NCBI GenBank assembly: GCA_963752285.1
Contig: CAVVXN010000002.1
Location: forward strand, 64,001 to 128,000
Origin: an uncultured Planctomycetota bacterium
GTDB lineage: Bacteria > Planctomycetota > PLA2 > JAEUHO01
Reading direction: 5' to 3'
DNA: 64,000 nucleotides
Part shown: positions 48,648 to 59,335 of the stretch, piece after piece
Layout of the letters: every line of letters begins with the position of its first letter
How positions within the stretch are numbered: position 1 is the first letter of the stretch
Position numbers and translations under genes: made by a program
The notes under the pieces: model-generated
Told to the model about the DNA's origin: nothing
The model's input: the letters and a program-made list of their open reading frames with translations, nothing else
The model's database searches: none

Positions 48648-49496
48648 TCAGCGGTCGGTCGTGGTCGTGGTCGTGGCCTCGAAGCTGAAGACGTTCCCGA
48701 GGCCCATGCTTCCGAAGAGGGCTTCGGGGTGGGCCTGGTCCCAGGTCTTCTGCTGGTCGGGCGTCAAAAGGTCTCGCGCGTCGTGGGTGCCGCGACTCCG
48801 GATCCGCTGCTCCGCCTGGGCGTACGTCTCGTTCGAGCCCGGAACCTTCGTCTCCTTGAACTTCTGGATGTCGGCGAAGCTCGACATGAAGACCGTGATC
48901 GCCTGCCCGACGTCGTCGTTCGACTTGCCGCTGGTCAACGGCTTCGGCTTCGAGACCTCGCGAAACGTCTGACCGTCGTCGTTCGGGGTGTCGTAGAGCG
49001 CGTCGAGGTCGCGCTTCGTGTCGTCCACGACGCGCTCGAGGTCGGTCTTCTGCCGGGGCGTCAGGCCGAGGGCGGAGCTCGCCTGGTCCACGTTTCGAAG
49101 GAACAGGAGCCGCTTCGGCGTGCGCGCGGCCACCTCGTCCGTCTTCTTCTCGAGGTCCTCGACCCTCGTCTCGTGCGCCGAGACGCGCTTCTCCAAGTCC
49201 TGGACCGCGCGGGCGAGGACCTCGGGCGAGGCGCCGAGCGGGACGAGCGTCGGGCCGTCCTCCTCGGGCGTGGGCCCCTCCGCGGCCGCGACGGCCGGTC
49301 CGGGAAGGAGCGGTCGGGCCTCGGCCTTCGAGCGGATCTCCGAGAGGTCCTGGCGCACCTGGATCAGGTCGCCGCGGACCGACGCGGTCTCGTTCTTCGC
49401 CTGGAGCAGGTCCTCGCGGAGCCCGTCGGCCTCGACGGTCTGCCAGACGGCCACCCCGAGCGCGAGAACGGAGAGGAGAACGGCGATCTTGCCCAT
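48648..49496 (-). CDS. membrane-anchored coiled-coil hypothetical protein
   Basis: N-terminal hydrophobic anchor, heptad segments and LLTPDQQKTW end. Confidence 0.7.
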   Translation of the reverse strand: MGKIAVLLSVLALGVAVWQTVEADGLREDLLQAKNETASVRGDLIQVRQDLSEIRSKAEARPLLPGPAVAAAEGPTPEEDGPTLVPLGASPEVLARAVQDLEKRVSAHETRVEDLEKKTDEVAARTPKRLLFLRNVDQASSALGLTPRQKTDLERVVDDTKRDLDALYDTPNDDGQTFREVSKPKPLTSGKSNDDVGQAITVFMSSFADIQKFKETKVPGSNETYAQAEQRIRSRGTHDARDLLTPDQQKTWDQAHPEALFGSMGLGNVFSFEATTTTTTDR

Positions 49497-49868
49497 GGCG
49501 CGGCCTCGATGGAATTCGCTCCCAACGTAGCGGGTGCGCTCCCGGCACGCGACCCCTACGCGGCCGTCCGTGCCGCCGCGGCCCAGCCCCGGCGCCGTTC
49601 CAGCCGAGGACCTTCGTCCGCAGAGCACAAATGCCCGGCCCCCTTCGAGCCGATCTCGGCCATTGGGGCGGCTCTGTGCCGGGGAAGGCGCCTCGCTCGG
49701 CCCGACGCGGGCGCGAGGACTCCGGGGGAGAAAGCGGTGCGCAGAAGGATCGAGGGAGCGCAGGACGTCGGCCGGACCTCGGCAGCGCCGGGTCTCTTCC
49801 GAGCGGGCGCCCGGGAGGAAGACCCGGCCGCCGCCCTGCCCGTCCCGTTACCCGGAGCTCCCGAGCCC

Positions 49869-51365
49869 ATGGCGGGCGCGCCCCGAGCCCCGGGACTCCC
49901 CCTCGGAGTCCGCCATCTCCTCGCGTTGCTGCCGATGGCGCTGCTCGTGCTGCGGCTCGACGATGCGGGACGTGGGACCACGGCCGGGTTGGTCGCGAGT
50001 GCGTTCCTCTTCGTCTGGCTCTTGACCCCGCTCTTCGCACGCGCGCTCCGGAGGCGGGGCGCGGTCGTCCGTCCCGGGGGCCGGAGTCAGCACGAGGGAG
50101 ACGTACCGGGGCTCGGCGGTGTGGTGGTGTTCGCCGCGATCGCGGCGGTCCTGCTGACCCGGCTGTCGGAGCAGCCGCACCTGTGGGGGCTCCTCGCCGG
50201 CGCCTCGCTCCTCCTCGTCGTGGGGGTCGTCGATGACGTCGCCCGCGTGCGTCCGCGCACCAAGATCCTCGCCCAGCTCGCCGCGGGTGGCTGCCTGCTC
50301 GCCGCCGGGTTCAGCCTCGACTCGCTCAGCGTTCCCGGCCTCGCATCCCTTCACCTCGGCTGGTTCTCCGCTCCGATCGTCCTCGCCTGGATCGTCCTCG
50401 CGACGAACGCCTTCAACCTCGCGGACGGGATGGACGGTCAGGCCTCGGTCCTCGCGCTCGTGACGCTCTCCGGACTCGCCGTCCTGGACGTCCACCCCGT
50501 GCTCGCGCTCGGGACCGCCGCGGCCGTGCTCGGCTTCCTGCCGCACAACCTCCCCCGGGCGCGGATCTTCCTCGGTGACGCCGGAAGCCTCGTCCTGGGC
50601 TTCGTCCTGGCGGCCCTCCTGCTCGAGGTCCCCGCGCGCGGAAACCTCGTGCTGGCGGTCGGCCTCTTCGCCTACCCGCTCGGGGACGTGGCCTTCTCGG
50701 TCCTGCGCCGGTACGTACGCGCGAAGCCCCTCTTCGCCGCGGACCGGAGCCACGTCCACCACAAGCTGACGACGCACCTCGGGAACACGACGCGCGCGCT
50801 CGCTCTGGTCGCGGCCGCGGCGGCGGCCGCCGCCGGGCTCGTGCTCTGGCGACCCGACCGGCACGCCCTGGAGGCCCTCTTCCTCCTGTGGGTGCTCGGC
50901 ACGCTGATCCTCGTCCAGGTCGGGCGGGTTCGGCTCGCGCGGATGCTCGGCAGCCGCCGCCCGTTCCAGCACCTGCACCTCCTCCGCCAGTACGCCACGG
51001 GGCTGCTCCGCCTGGCGCGCACGCCGGCGGAGGTCGAGCGCTGCCTGGGCCTCCTGGCGCGCGACCTGCCCCTGGCCGAGGTGGAGGTGGGAGGCGTCCA
51101 CCTCCAGACCGACGCGTGCCTCGACCCGGCGTGCCGCATCGAGACGCTGGGACTTCCGACCGGCCCGGCTCGGTACGCGTACGTGGTGGACGAGACCGAG
51201 GAGCCGGCGCTGTCGGTGGAGCGTCGGACGATCGTCGCCGATCTCCTCCGAGAGGCGGACCACCAGCTCGCGGTCCTCCGGCCTCGTGAGCGGGGTCCGG
51301 GCATCGTGCCGGTCCGGGTTGGGCGCCCCTCCCAGGGGGCCGCCCGAGCGGTACGGGGCGGCTGA
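49869..51365 (+). CDS. WecA/MraY-family polyprenyl-phosphate sugar-1-phosphate transferase
   Basis: GVVDD, NAFNLADGMDG, IFLGDAGS and DRSHVHH motifs. Confidence 0.9.
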   Translation: MAGAPRAPGLPLGVRHLLALLPMALLVLRLDDAGRGTTAGLVASAFLFVWLLTPLFARALRRRGAVVRPGGRSQHEGDVPGLGGVVVFAAIAAVLLTRLSEQPHLWGLLAGASLLLVVGVVDDVARVRPRTKILAQLAAGGCLLAAGFSLDSLSVPGLASLHLGWFSAPIVLAWIVLATNAFNLADGMDGQASVLALVTLSGLAVLDVHPVLALGTAAAVLGFLPHNLPRARIFLGDAGSLVLGFVLAALLLEVPARGNLVLAVGLFAYPLGDVAFSVLRRYVRAKPLFAADRSHVHHKLTTHLGNTTRALALVAAAAAAAAGLVLWRPDRHALEALFLLWVLGTLILVQVGRVRLARMLGSRRPFQHLHLLRQYATGLLRLARTPAEVERCLGLLARDLPLAEVEVGGVHLQTDACLDPACRIETLGLPTGPARYAYVVDETEEPALSVERRTIVADLLREADHQLAVLRPRERGPGIVPVRVGRPSQGAARAVRGG

Positions 51366-51378
51366 GTCGGAGGTCGGC

Positions 51379-52416
51379 GTGACGAAGACGGCGCTGGTTT
51401 GCGGGGCGGGCGGGTTCATCGGCGGACACCTCGTCGAGCGCCTGGTCCGCGAGGGATACCGGGTACGGGGCGTGGACCTGAAACGCCCCGAGTTCCGCGC
51501 GTCGGCCGCCCACGAGTTCCTGCAGGCCGACCTTCGCGACCCCGGGGTGTGCCGGCGCGCGGTAGCGGACACCGCCGAGGTCTACCAGCTCGCCGCCGAC
51601 ATGGGGGGGGCCGGGTACATCTTCACCGGCGACCACGACGCCGACGTGATGAGGAACTCCGCGACCGTGAACCTGAACATGGTCGAGGCGTGCCGCGCGG
51701 AGGGCGTCGAGAAGGTCTTCTTCTCGTCTTCCGCCTGCATCTACCCGGCCCACAACCAGGAAGACCCCGAGCGTCCGGACTGCTCGGAGGCCTCGGCCTA
51801 CCCCGCCCGGCCCGACAGCGAGTACGGCTGGGAGAAGCTCTTCAGCGAGCGCCTCTACCTGGCCTACGCCCGGAACCACGGCCTCGCGGTCCGGATCGCC
51901 CGCTTCCACAACATCTTCGGACCGTACGGCGCGTGGAACGACGGCCGCGAGAAGGCGCCGGCCGCCGTCTGCCGGAAGGTCGCGGCCGCCCCCGAAGGCG
52001 GCGAGATCGAGATCTGGGGCGACGGGAAGCAGACGCGCTCGTTCCTCTACGTGGACGAGTGCGTCGAGGGCGTACGCCGACTCATGGAGAGCGACTTCGA
52101 GGGCCCGGTGAACATCGGATCCGACGAGATGGTCTCGATCGACCGCCTCGTCGAGATCGTGTCGGGGGTGGCCGAGAAACACGTCCGCGTGCGCCACGTG
52201 CCGGGACCCCTCGGCGTTCGCGGTCGGACCTCCGACAATCGGCTCTGTCGGGAGAGGCTCTCCTGGGCGCCGTCGGCCGAGCTCCAAGCGGGCCTCGAAC
52301 GGACCTACCCCTGGATCCGGGAGCAGGTCGAGATGGCGGGGGTCGGGACGGCATCCACCACCGCGTCGGTCCCGGCTTCGACCCACGGTCCCCGCCCCGC
52401 GAAGGCACGAGGGTGA
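51379..52416 (+). CDS. NAD-dependent nucleotide-sugar epimerase (GDP-mannose 3',5'-epimerase-like)
   Basis: GAGGFIG, LAADMGG, SSACIYP, YGWEK and EKAPAA motifs. Confidence 0.88.
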   Translation: MTKTALVCGAGGFIGGHLVERLVREGYRVRGVDLKRPEFRASAAHEFLQADLRDPGVCRRAVADTAEVYQLAADMGGAGYIFTGDHDADVMRNSATVNLNMVEACRAEGVEKVFFSSSACIYPAHNQEDPERPDCSEASAYPARPDSEYGWEKLFSERLYLAYARNHGLAVRIARFHNIFGPYGAWNDGREKAPAAVCRKVAAAPEGGEIEIWGDGKQTRSFLYVDECVEGVRRLMESDFEGPVNIGSDEMVSIDRLVEIVSGVAEKHVRVRHVPGPLGVRGRTSDNRLCRERLSWAPSAELQAGLERTYPWIREQVEMAGVGTASTTASVPASTHGPRPAKARG

Positions 52417-53504
52417 CCGCTCCCTGTCGCCATCCCACCTGCCTCGTCGGCCTCCTGAGCCTCGGCCTCGTCCTGGCCGGGTGCGCCGCCGACCAGGTCG
52501 AGCATCCCGTGGACGTGCATCGGCTCCTCGCTCCGGCTTCACCGTGCGACGACGGGTTCCGCGCCGTGCCCGAGTCCGAGCTCGTCCGCGTCGTCTTGCC
52601 TCCGCCCGCGCCCTACCGGCTCGGCGTCGGCGACGTCGTCTACGTCGCGGTGCCCGGCCAGGAGAAGTTCGCCGGGTTCGGAGAGACCGCGACGGGGGAG
52701 GTGGTGGGAACGCGGGTGAAGGAGGACGGCAACCTCTACCTGCCCCTGATCCGTACGGTCCCCGCCGCGGGGCGGACTGCGATCGAGCTCCAGGAAGACA
52801 TCCGAAAGCGCCTCTCGGAGTTCGTCCAGGAGCCGTACGTCAGCGTGGACGTCCTGGAACACCACTCCCAGCGCTTCTACGTGTTCGGGGAGGTCAAGGA
52901 CCCCGGCGCCTTCCCGGTGGACGGCCACACGACGCTGCTCGACGGTCTCTCGGCGGCCGGAGGTCCGGAGAGCGGGACGGCGGATCTCGACGAGGCCTAC
53001 GTCGTCAGGGACGGGAACGTGCTCCCGTTGAGCCTCGCGGACGTCCTCGAGCACGGAGACAAGAGCGGCAACCTGGTGATGCGCGACCGCGATCTCGTGT
53101 TCGTCCCGCACGTACGGGACCGGAGCGAGTTCGTCTACGTGCTCGGAGAGGTGAAGCGCGCCGGCGCCGTGCCCATGCACGTCGATCCCGCTCGCCCCGG
53201 TGCGCCGGCGCGGATGACGCTCGCCGAGGCGCTGGCCCAGGCGGGCGGGCTCGACCTCGACACGGCCGCCCAGGACCAGATCCGCGTGTTCCGGGGCGAC
53301 TGGCGCTGTCCGCGCGCCTACACCCTGAGCGCGCACGAGGTGTACGCGTACGGCGAGGGCATGCGCCTCGAGCCCGGAGACCGCGTCCTCGTCGCGCCCA
53401 CGGGACTGGCCACCTGGGGCCGGGCGCTCAAGCAGGCCACCCCGTTCCTCAGCGGGGCGACGACCGCGGTGGCCGCCAGCGCGACGGTCGGGGCGCTCAA
53501 GTGA
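52413..53504 (+). CDS. wza: polysaccharide export lipoprotein (Wza/OPX family), paralogue 2
   Basis: Lipobox LAGC, YRLGVGDVV, DGNLYLPLI and SLBB repeats; immediately upstream of wzc. Confidence 0.88.
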   Translation: MTAPCRHPTCLVGLLSLGLVLAGCAADQVEHPVDVHRLLAPASPCDDGFRAVPESELVRVVLPPPAPYRLGVGDVVYVAVPGQEKFAGFGETATGEVVGTRVKEDGNLYLPLIRTVPAAGRTAIELQEDIRKRLSEFVQEPYVSVDVLEHHSQRFYVFGEVKDPGAFPVDGHTTLLDGLSAAGGPESGTADLDEAYVVRDGNVLPLSLADVLEHGDKSGNLVMRDRDLVFVPHVRDRSEFVYVLGEVKRAGAVPMHVDPARPGAPARMTLAEALAQAGGLDLDTAAQDQIRVFRGDWRCPRAYTLSAHEVYAYGEGMRLEPGDRVLVAPTGLATWGRALKQATPFLSGATTAVAASATVGALK

Positions 53505-53547
53505 GGACGCGCGCCGCCCTGGTCCGCCCCCAGCCCGGGAGACCCCC

Positions 53548-56110
53548 ATGAACCGCGTTCGCGAGAGCTCCCGCGCCGCCAGCGGGACCGAGGCACGACC
53601 GGCGACGGCGCGCACGGAGTCACGCCGCGCCCGGCCGCGCGCGGTCCACTTCTCCGACTACCTGGCGATCGTACGAGACCACCTCCTCGCGGCGGGGACC
53701 GTCGGGCTCGGGATCCTGGCGTGGGTGGTCCTCGCGGCGCTCTTCTCGACGCCCGTGTACGAGGCGAGGTCGAGGCTCCAGATCGACGTCGGAGGACAAC
53801 AGCGGGACGACCTCGTGTCCGACCTCATGCTCTTCGGCACCTCGACCGTCCAGAGCACCGAGGTCGAGGTGATCCGCTCGTACGCCGTCGCGAAGCGGGT
53901 GGCGGACGATCCCGTGGCGCGGGCCACCGCCCTGCTGGAGGAGAAGAGCGTCTACCGTCCGCTCGAGACGCTCGTCCGACCCTACCTGCACGCGAGCTGG
54001 CGACCCTGCCATCTCGAGTTCGACCCGGCGCATCTCCCGTCGGTCCGGCGGACGGCGAGCTGGAAGCTCTCGTTCGACGCGCAGGGGCGCCTCACGATCT
54101 CGGGCGCGGGCGCCGAGGCGGTCACCGTGGAACGGGTCGGCCTCGGCGAGCCGTTCGAGGATCGGAACGAGAACGGCGTGTGGGACGCGGCGGAGCCCTA
54201 CGAGGACCAAAACGGGAACGCTGTCTACGACGCGCCGGTGCCCTTCGACGTCGGCGGACAGCACGTGGCTCTCGTGCTCGAGGAAGGGGACGTCCGCGGG
54301 CGCACCTTCCTCGCACGGCTCCGATCTCCCGAGGAGGCGGCCACCTGGGTGCACGAGGCGACCTCGGTCGAGCCGGTCGGCGACTGGAGCGGCATCGTGG
54401 ACGTGACGGTGCGCGCCGAGAGCCCCGTGGTCGCGACGAGGATCGCAGACGCCGTGGGACGTGCGTACCTCGGCCTGCGTCAGGAGCGGCGACGAGAGCG
54501 AACGGACCGGACCCTCGACTGGCTGAAGGCGGAGACGAAGCGGGTGGAGGACGATCTCCTCCATGCGGTGGACGCGCGGGACGCGTACGTGAAGCAGACC
54601 GGCGCCACGATGCTCACGGAGCAGGCGACGGGGATCTACGAGCGACAGGGCGAGCTCGTTCGGCAGCGGTTCGAGCTCGAACAGAGGAAGCTCGGCCTCG
54701 ACGCCGAGCTCGCGCTCCTCGCGGGCACCCACAGCACCGACGAGCTCCTGACCGCCATCGGGGCGACGAGCCTCGACGCCCGCACGACGACGCTCGTCCA
54801 GCAGGAGGCCGATCTCGAGATGCAGCGGGCCCTGCTGCTCCGCAGCCTCACCGATCGGGATCCCAAGGTGGAGGAGGTGGACGCGAAGATCGCCTTCGTG
54901 CGCGACCAGCTCACCGCCTCGATTGGAGGCCTCGTGACCGAGCGGAGGAACGCGCTCGACGTGGAGCGCTCGCAGGTGGCGGCGAGCCTGGCGCAGATCG
55001 ACCGGGAGGAGGCGCGGCAGCAGAGGCTCCTGTCCCAGCTCCCCGACGCCGAGCGGAAGCTGGTGGAGCTCGGACGGCCCATCGAGTCGAACGAGACCTT
55101 CCTGGTCTCGCTCAAGAAGTCGCAGAAGGAGGTGGAGATGGCACGGGCCGGGGCCGTGGCCACGGCGAGCGTCATCGACCCGGCCGTCGCGAATCCGGGG
55201 CGGAAGAGCCCCGTTCTCCTCAAGACGCTCATCGTCGGCGTGCTCCTCGGGCTGCTCGGGGGGGTCGGCACCGCGTTCGGACTCGAGTACATGAACCGCA
55301 CGGTTCGGAGCTCGCAGGAGATCGAGGACGGCCTCGGCGTGCCGGTCCTCGGCACCATCCCCCTCTTCCGATCCGTCGATCGACGACTGGGGCGCCGGGG
55401 CCAGGGAGCCCTCGTCGCAGAGGACGCGCCGAGGTCCGCGGCGGCCGAGCCCTACCGGACGCTCTTCGCGAGCATCCGGTACCCCTCCACGGAGGCGGCG
55501 GTACGTACGGTCGTCGTCACTTCGTCCCTCGCCCAGGAGGGGAAGACGGTCACCACGTTGAACCTCGCGATCACGATGGCGCGCGCGGGGCGCAAGGTGC
55601 TCGTCGTCGATGCGGACACGCGTCGTCCCACCACGCACGTCCATCTCGGAGGTACGCGCGACCACGGTCTCGTGGACGTCCTCGAGGGCCAGGCGAGGTG
55701 GCAGGACGTCGTCCGCGCGACCCAGACGCCGGGCATGTCCCTGGTGGCCGCGGGGCACCCGGCCGAGAATCCCACGGCGCTTCTCGACTCGGACGCCTTC
55801 CGCTCCTTCCTCGCGGAGGTGCGGGACGCGTTCGACTACGTGCTCTTCGACGCCCCGCCCGTGCTCGCGGTGGCGGACGCCGCCGCGTTCGTGAGAGAGC
55901 TCGACGCCGTCGTCTTGCTCGTCCGACAGGGGCGCTATCCCCTCGACACGGCCCGCGCGGCCCTCGAACAGATCGAGAGGCTGGGGGGGAAGGTCCAGGG
56001 CGCGGTCTTGAACGCGTTCGACCTTCGACGCGCCGCGCGGACACGCGTACGGGTACTACGGCTACTACGGCAAGTACCAGGACTACGGGAACGGCGGGGC
56101 GACGACGTGA
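53548..56110 (+). CDS. wzc: polysaccharide co-polymerase/tyrosine autokinase (frameshift near 56042)
   Basis: Two TM helices, coiled coil, Walker A QEGKT, VDAD and FDAPP. The Tyr cluster YGYYGYYGKYQDYG...* is in the shifted frame and ends at 56110. Confidence 0.88.
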
Positions 56111-57345
56111 CCGTCCCGGTCGTCCAGGGACGGCTGGCCCCGCGCCCCGCGCGCGTCCCGGGAGCCCCGCGCGTCGCGGTCTGCCACCCGCGACTGGGGC
56201 ATGGGGGGTCCGAAGCGAGGGCCCTCTGGTTGCTGCAGGCGCTCCGCGCGCAGTACGACGTGACGTTGGTGACCCTGGGGCCGGTCGACCTGCCGCGGCT
56301 CAACGCCTACTACGGCACCCGGCTCGAGCCGTCCGACCTTTGCGTCTCGCGACCCCGTGTCGGGCGATGGCTCGCGCGACGGGCGTCGGGGGACGCCCTG
56401 CGCACCGCCGTGCTCGAGCGGCACGTCCGGAGCCGGGCCGCCGAGTACGACCTGTTGATCAGCGCGCACAACCTCCTCGACTTCGGGCGGCCGGGCATCC
56501 AGTTCATCGCGGACTGGAGCTTCCTGCCGCACGTCCGTCGATCTCTCCACGGCTCCACGTCCGTGCTGGACGGCCGGGGCCCGGGGCGTACCTGTGCGCG
56601 CTGCGCCTACCGGTCGATCGTCCGGGCCGTTCGAGCCGGCCGAGCGTCGCCGGGACCCCGGAGTGACGACTACGTGATCGCGAACTCCGCGTTCACGGCG
56701 CGCATGATGGTCCAGCACCTGGGGCGCGCGCCGGACGCGGTCCTGTACCCGCCGGTCGGCGGGCCTCCCGACGGGGACACGCACGAGGAGCGCCGCCCGG
56801 ACTTCGTCTCGTTGGGACGCATCCGTCCCGAGAAGCGCATTCCCGATCAGATCGAGATCCTCCGCAACGTCCGCGCCCGGGGGCACGACGTGTCGTTGCG
56901 CCTCTGCGGGGGTCCGGTCACGGGCGACTACGCCGCGCACATTCGACGGCTCGTTCACGCCGAGGCCGGCTGGGTGTCGTGGGACGGTCCCGTCGAGGGC
57001 GCCGCGAAATGGGCCGTGCTCTCTGCGCATCGATTCGGCATCCACGCGACACGCGGCGAGGGCTTCGGGATCGCCACCGCCGAGATGATTCGCGCCGGCT
57101 GCATCGTCTTCGCGCCGGACCACGGCGGGCCCGCCGAGCTCTTGGACGAGCCCGGCCTGACGTACGGATCACTCGGAGAGGCCACGGAGAAGATCGCCCT
57201 TCTCCTCGGGGACCCGGCCCGGCAGGCGCGGCTCGCCGCCCGGCTGCGGGACCGAGGGGCCCGCTTCACGGAAGAAGCGTTCACGAGCCGTTCCCTGGAC
57301 GTGGTCCGGGAGGTCCTCGAGCGCGGCGTGCGGAGGAGAGCGTGA
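56107..57345 (+). CDS. glycosyltransferase family 4
   Basis: GGSE, ANSAFT, GRIRPEK and EGFGIATAE motifs; GTGA overlap with the wzc stop. Confidence 0.85.
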   Translation: MTVPVVQGRLAPRPARVPGAPRVAVCHPRLGHGGSEARALWLLQALRAQYDVTLVTLGPVDLPRLNAYYGTRLEPSDLCVSRPRVGRWLARRASGDALRTAVLERHVRSRAAEYDLLISAHNLLDFGRPGIQFIADWSFLPHVRRSLHGSTSVLDGRGPGRTCARCAYRSIVRAVRAGRASPGPRSDDYVIANSAFTARMMVQHLGRAPDAVLYPPVGGPPDGDTHEERRPDFVSLGRIRPEKRIPDQIEILRNVRARGHDVSLRLCGGPVTGDYAAHIRRLVHAEAGWVSWDGPVEGAAKWAVLSAHRFGIHATRGEGFGIATAEMIRAGCIVFAPDHGGPAELLDEPGLTYGSLGEATEKIALLLGDPARQARLAARLRDRGARFTEEAFTSRSLDVVREVLERGVRRRA

Positions 57346-58268
57346 CGCGACCCGTCCCTTCCCCGACGGAATCGATGGCGGGCGCCGGCTCCGACCCGGG
57401 GGAGGCGACCGACCGCGCGCGGACGTGCGGCGCGACCTACGCGCTCGTGACCGCGGCTCGTAACGAGGCGACGGACATCGAGCGCACGCTCGCGTCGGTC
57501 CTCGCACAGTCCCACCGCCCCGTGCGCTGGGCGATCGTCAGCGACGGTTCCACCGACGGCACGGACGAGATCGTTCGGCGCTATGCGTCGAGGCACGAGT
57601 GGATCACGTTCCTCCGTCGCGAGAAGCCCCCGGCCGACTTCGATCGAGTGGAGGAGGTGTCACCCGGGAAGGCGCCCGCGACCGCCATGGGGTGGGACGC
57701 CGTCTCCGGGTTCTCGTTCGACTGCTTCGTGAACCTGGATGCCGACGTCTCGTTCCCGCCGGACCTCTTCGAGCGGCTCATGCGCGAGTGCGAGGCCGAT
57801 CCCGCGATCGGCTTGAGCGGCGTGATGCTCCGGAACCGTTTGCCGGACGGATCGCCGGCGCCGGGAGGGTTCCTGAGGGCCGACGTGGTGGGCGGGCCGA
57901 TCCAGGTCTTCCGCCGGGAGTGCTGGGAGGCGATCGGCGGCTACCGCCCGTATGGCCACGAGGACGGCATCGCGAACGACATGGTGAAGCGGCTCGGCTG
58001 GAAGGTCCGGTCGCACCCGCACCTGACGGCGTACCACCACGTGCCGTACGCGGGGTACGCGCCCACGATCCGCTCCAAGGTCCCCACGTGCTTCAAGATG
58101 GGCGTACTCCACTACGTGGGACGCGAGCCGCTCTGGAAGGAGGCGCTGCGGGCTCTGCGACGTGCGTGGGCCCGGCCCTGGTTCCTGGCCGGCGCCGCGA
58201 TGTTCCTCGGCTACGTCTGGGGACTCCTCTCCCGCAAGAGCCGAATCCCCCGCGAGGCGTGTCGGTGA
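57342..58268 (+). CDS. glycosyltransferase family 2
   Basis: TAARNE, VSDGSTDGT and LDAD motifs. Confidence 0.88.
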   Translation: MTRPVPSPTESMAGAGSDPGEATDRARTCGATYALVTAARNEATDIERTLASVLAQSHRPVRWAIVSDGSTDGTDEIVRRYASRHEWITFLRREKPPADFDRVEEVSPGKAPATAMGWDAVSGFSFDCFVNLDADVSFPPDLFERLMRECEADPAIGLSGVMLRNRLPDGSPAPGGFLRADVVGGPIQVFRRECWEAIGGYRPYGHEDGIANDMVKRLGWKVRSHPHLTAYHHVPYAGYAPTIRSKVPTCFKMGVLHYVGREPLWKEALRALRRAWARPWFLAGAAMFLGYVWGLLSRKSRIPREACR

Positions 58269-59335
58269 TGGGACGACCGGGAGCCGCAGCCGATCCTCCG
58301 GCCGGATCCGCCCTCCGGGGCGCCCCCGCGCGCCGCGAGCGCCCGGAGACCGCGGTTTCGCGCGCGACGAGCCGGCCCCCGTTCCGCCTCGGGATCGTGG
58401 TGGCCACGAAGGACCGTCCGGACGACCTGAGGGTCATGCTGGCGAGCCTGGCCGCGCAGTCGGTCCCGCCCGACCAGGTCGTGGTCGTGGACGCCAGCGC
58501 GACACCCGTCGAGTCCATCACGCGTCGGTTCCCCACGCTCGACGTCCTCTACCTGCGGCACCTCCCTCCCTCCGCCGCCGCGCAGCGAAACGCGGGCCTG
58601 GCCGCCGTACGCCCGGACATCGACCTGATCGGGTTCATGGACGACGACGCGGTCCTGGAGCCTGGCGCGATGGAGCACATGTTCGCCTTCTGGGCCTGCT
58701 CCTCGTCTCGGGTCGGGGGCGCGAGCTTCAACCTCCTGAACCCGCCGGGTCGGGTGTTGACGGGTCTCAAGGGCACGCGCCTCGTGTCGTGGCTGGGCAT
58801 CTACGACCGGCAGCGTGGGGGCGTCGCCCGGAGCGGTTGGCAGTCCGTGGTCGGTACGGCGGCACGCGACGTCCGGGTGGAGTGGCTGCCGACGACCGCG
58901 TCGGTCTGGCGCCGGGGTGTGTTCTGCGGGGGCGGGTTCGACGCCCACTACGACGGCTACAGCTACCTGGAAGACCTGGACTTCAGCTACGGCGTCTCCC
59001 GCGAGCACGAGCTCTGGGTCGTCGCCGCGGCGGGGTTCCGACACCATCCCTCCTCCGGCGGACGCATCGACCGGTACCAGTTCGGCAAGATCGAGGTGGT
59101 GAACCGTCTCCACGTGGTCCGAAAGCACCGGCTCTGCGTGTGGCGCTGCTACCTCGGCCTCCTCGTGCGGATGGGCCTGACGCTCGCGAGCGCGGTCGTG
59201 AGCAGCAGCCGCGCAGAGCTCGATCGGTTGCGGGGCAACCTGGCGGGGCTCGGCCTCCGGGGGGCGTCGGTGGGATCGCGCACCGCGCGCCGCGCGGCTC
59301 GCGCGGCGATGGGGTCGAAAGGGGAGCCCGCATGA
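58268..59335 (+). CDS. glycosyltransferase family 2
   Basis: ATKDR, VVVDAS, FMDDD and EDLDFS motifs. Confidence 0.88.
   Translation: MGRPGAAADPPAGSALRGAPARRERPETAVSRATSRPPFRLGIVVATKDRPDDLRVMLASLAAQSVPPDQVVVVDASATPVESITRRFPTLDVLYLRHLPPSAAAQRNAGLAAVRPDIDLIGFMDDDAVLEPGAMEHMFAFWACSSSRVGGASFNLLNPPGRVLTGLKGTRLVSWLGIYDRQRGGVARSGWQSVVGTAARDVRVEWLPTTASVWRRGVFCGGGFDAHYDGYSYLEDLDFSYGVSREHELWVVAAAGFRHHPSSGGRIDRYQFGKIEVVNRLHVVRKHRLCVWRCYLGLLVRMGLTLASAVVSSSRAELDRLRGNLAGLGLRGASVGSRTARRAARAAMGSKGEPA

Noticed and set aside
53548..57345. Apparent 1265-aa Wzc-glycosyltransferase fusion
   Set aside because: The Wzc tyrosine cluster and its stop (56110) lie in another frame, with a GTGA overlap to the GT start. 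One indel near 56042 explains the apparent fusion.
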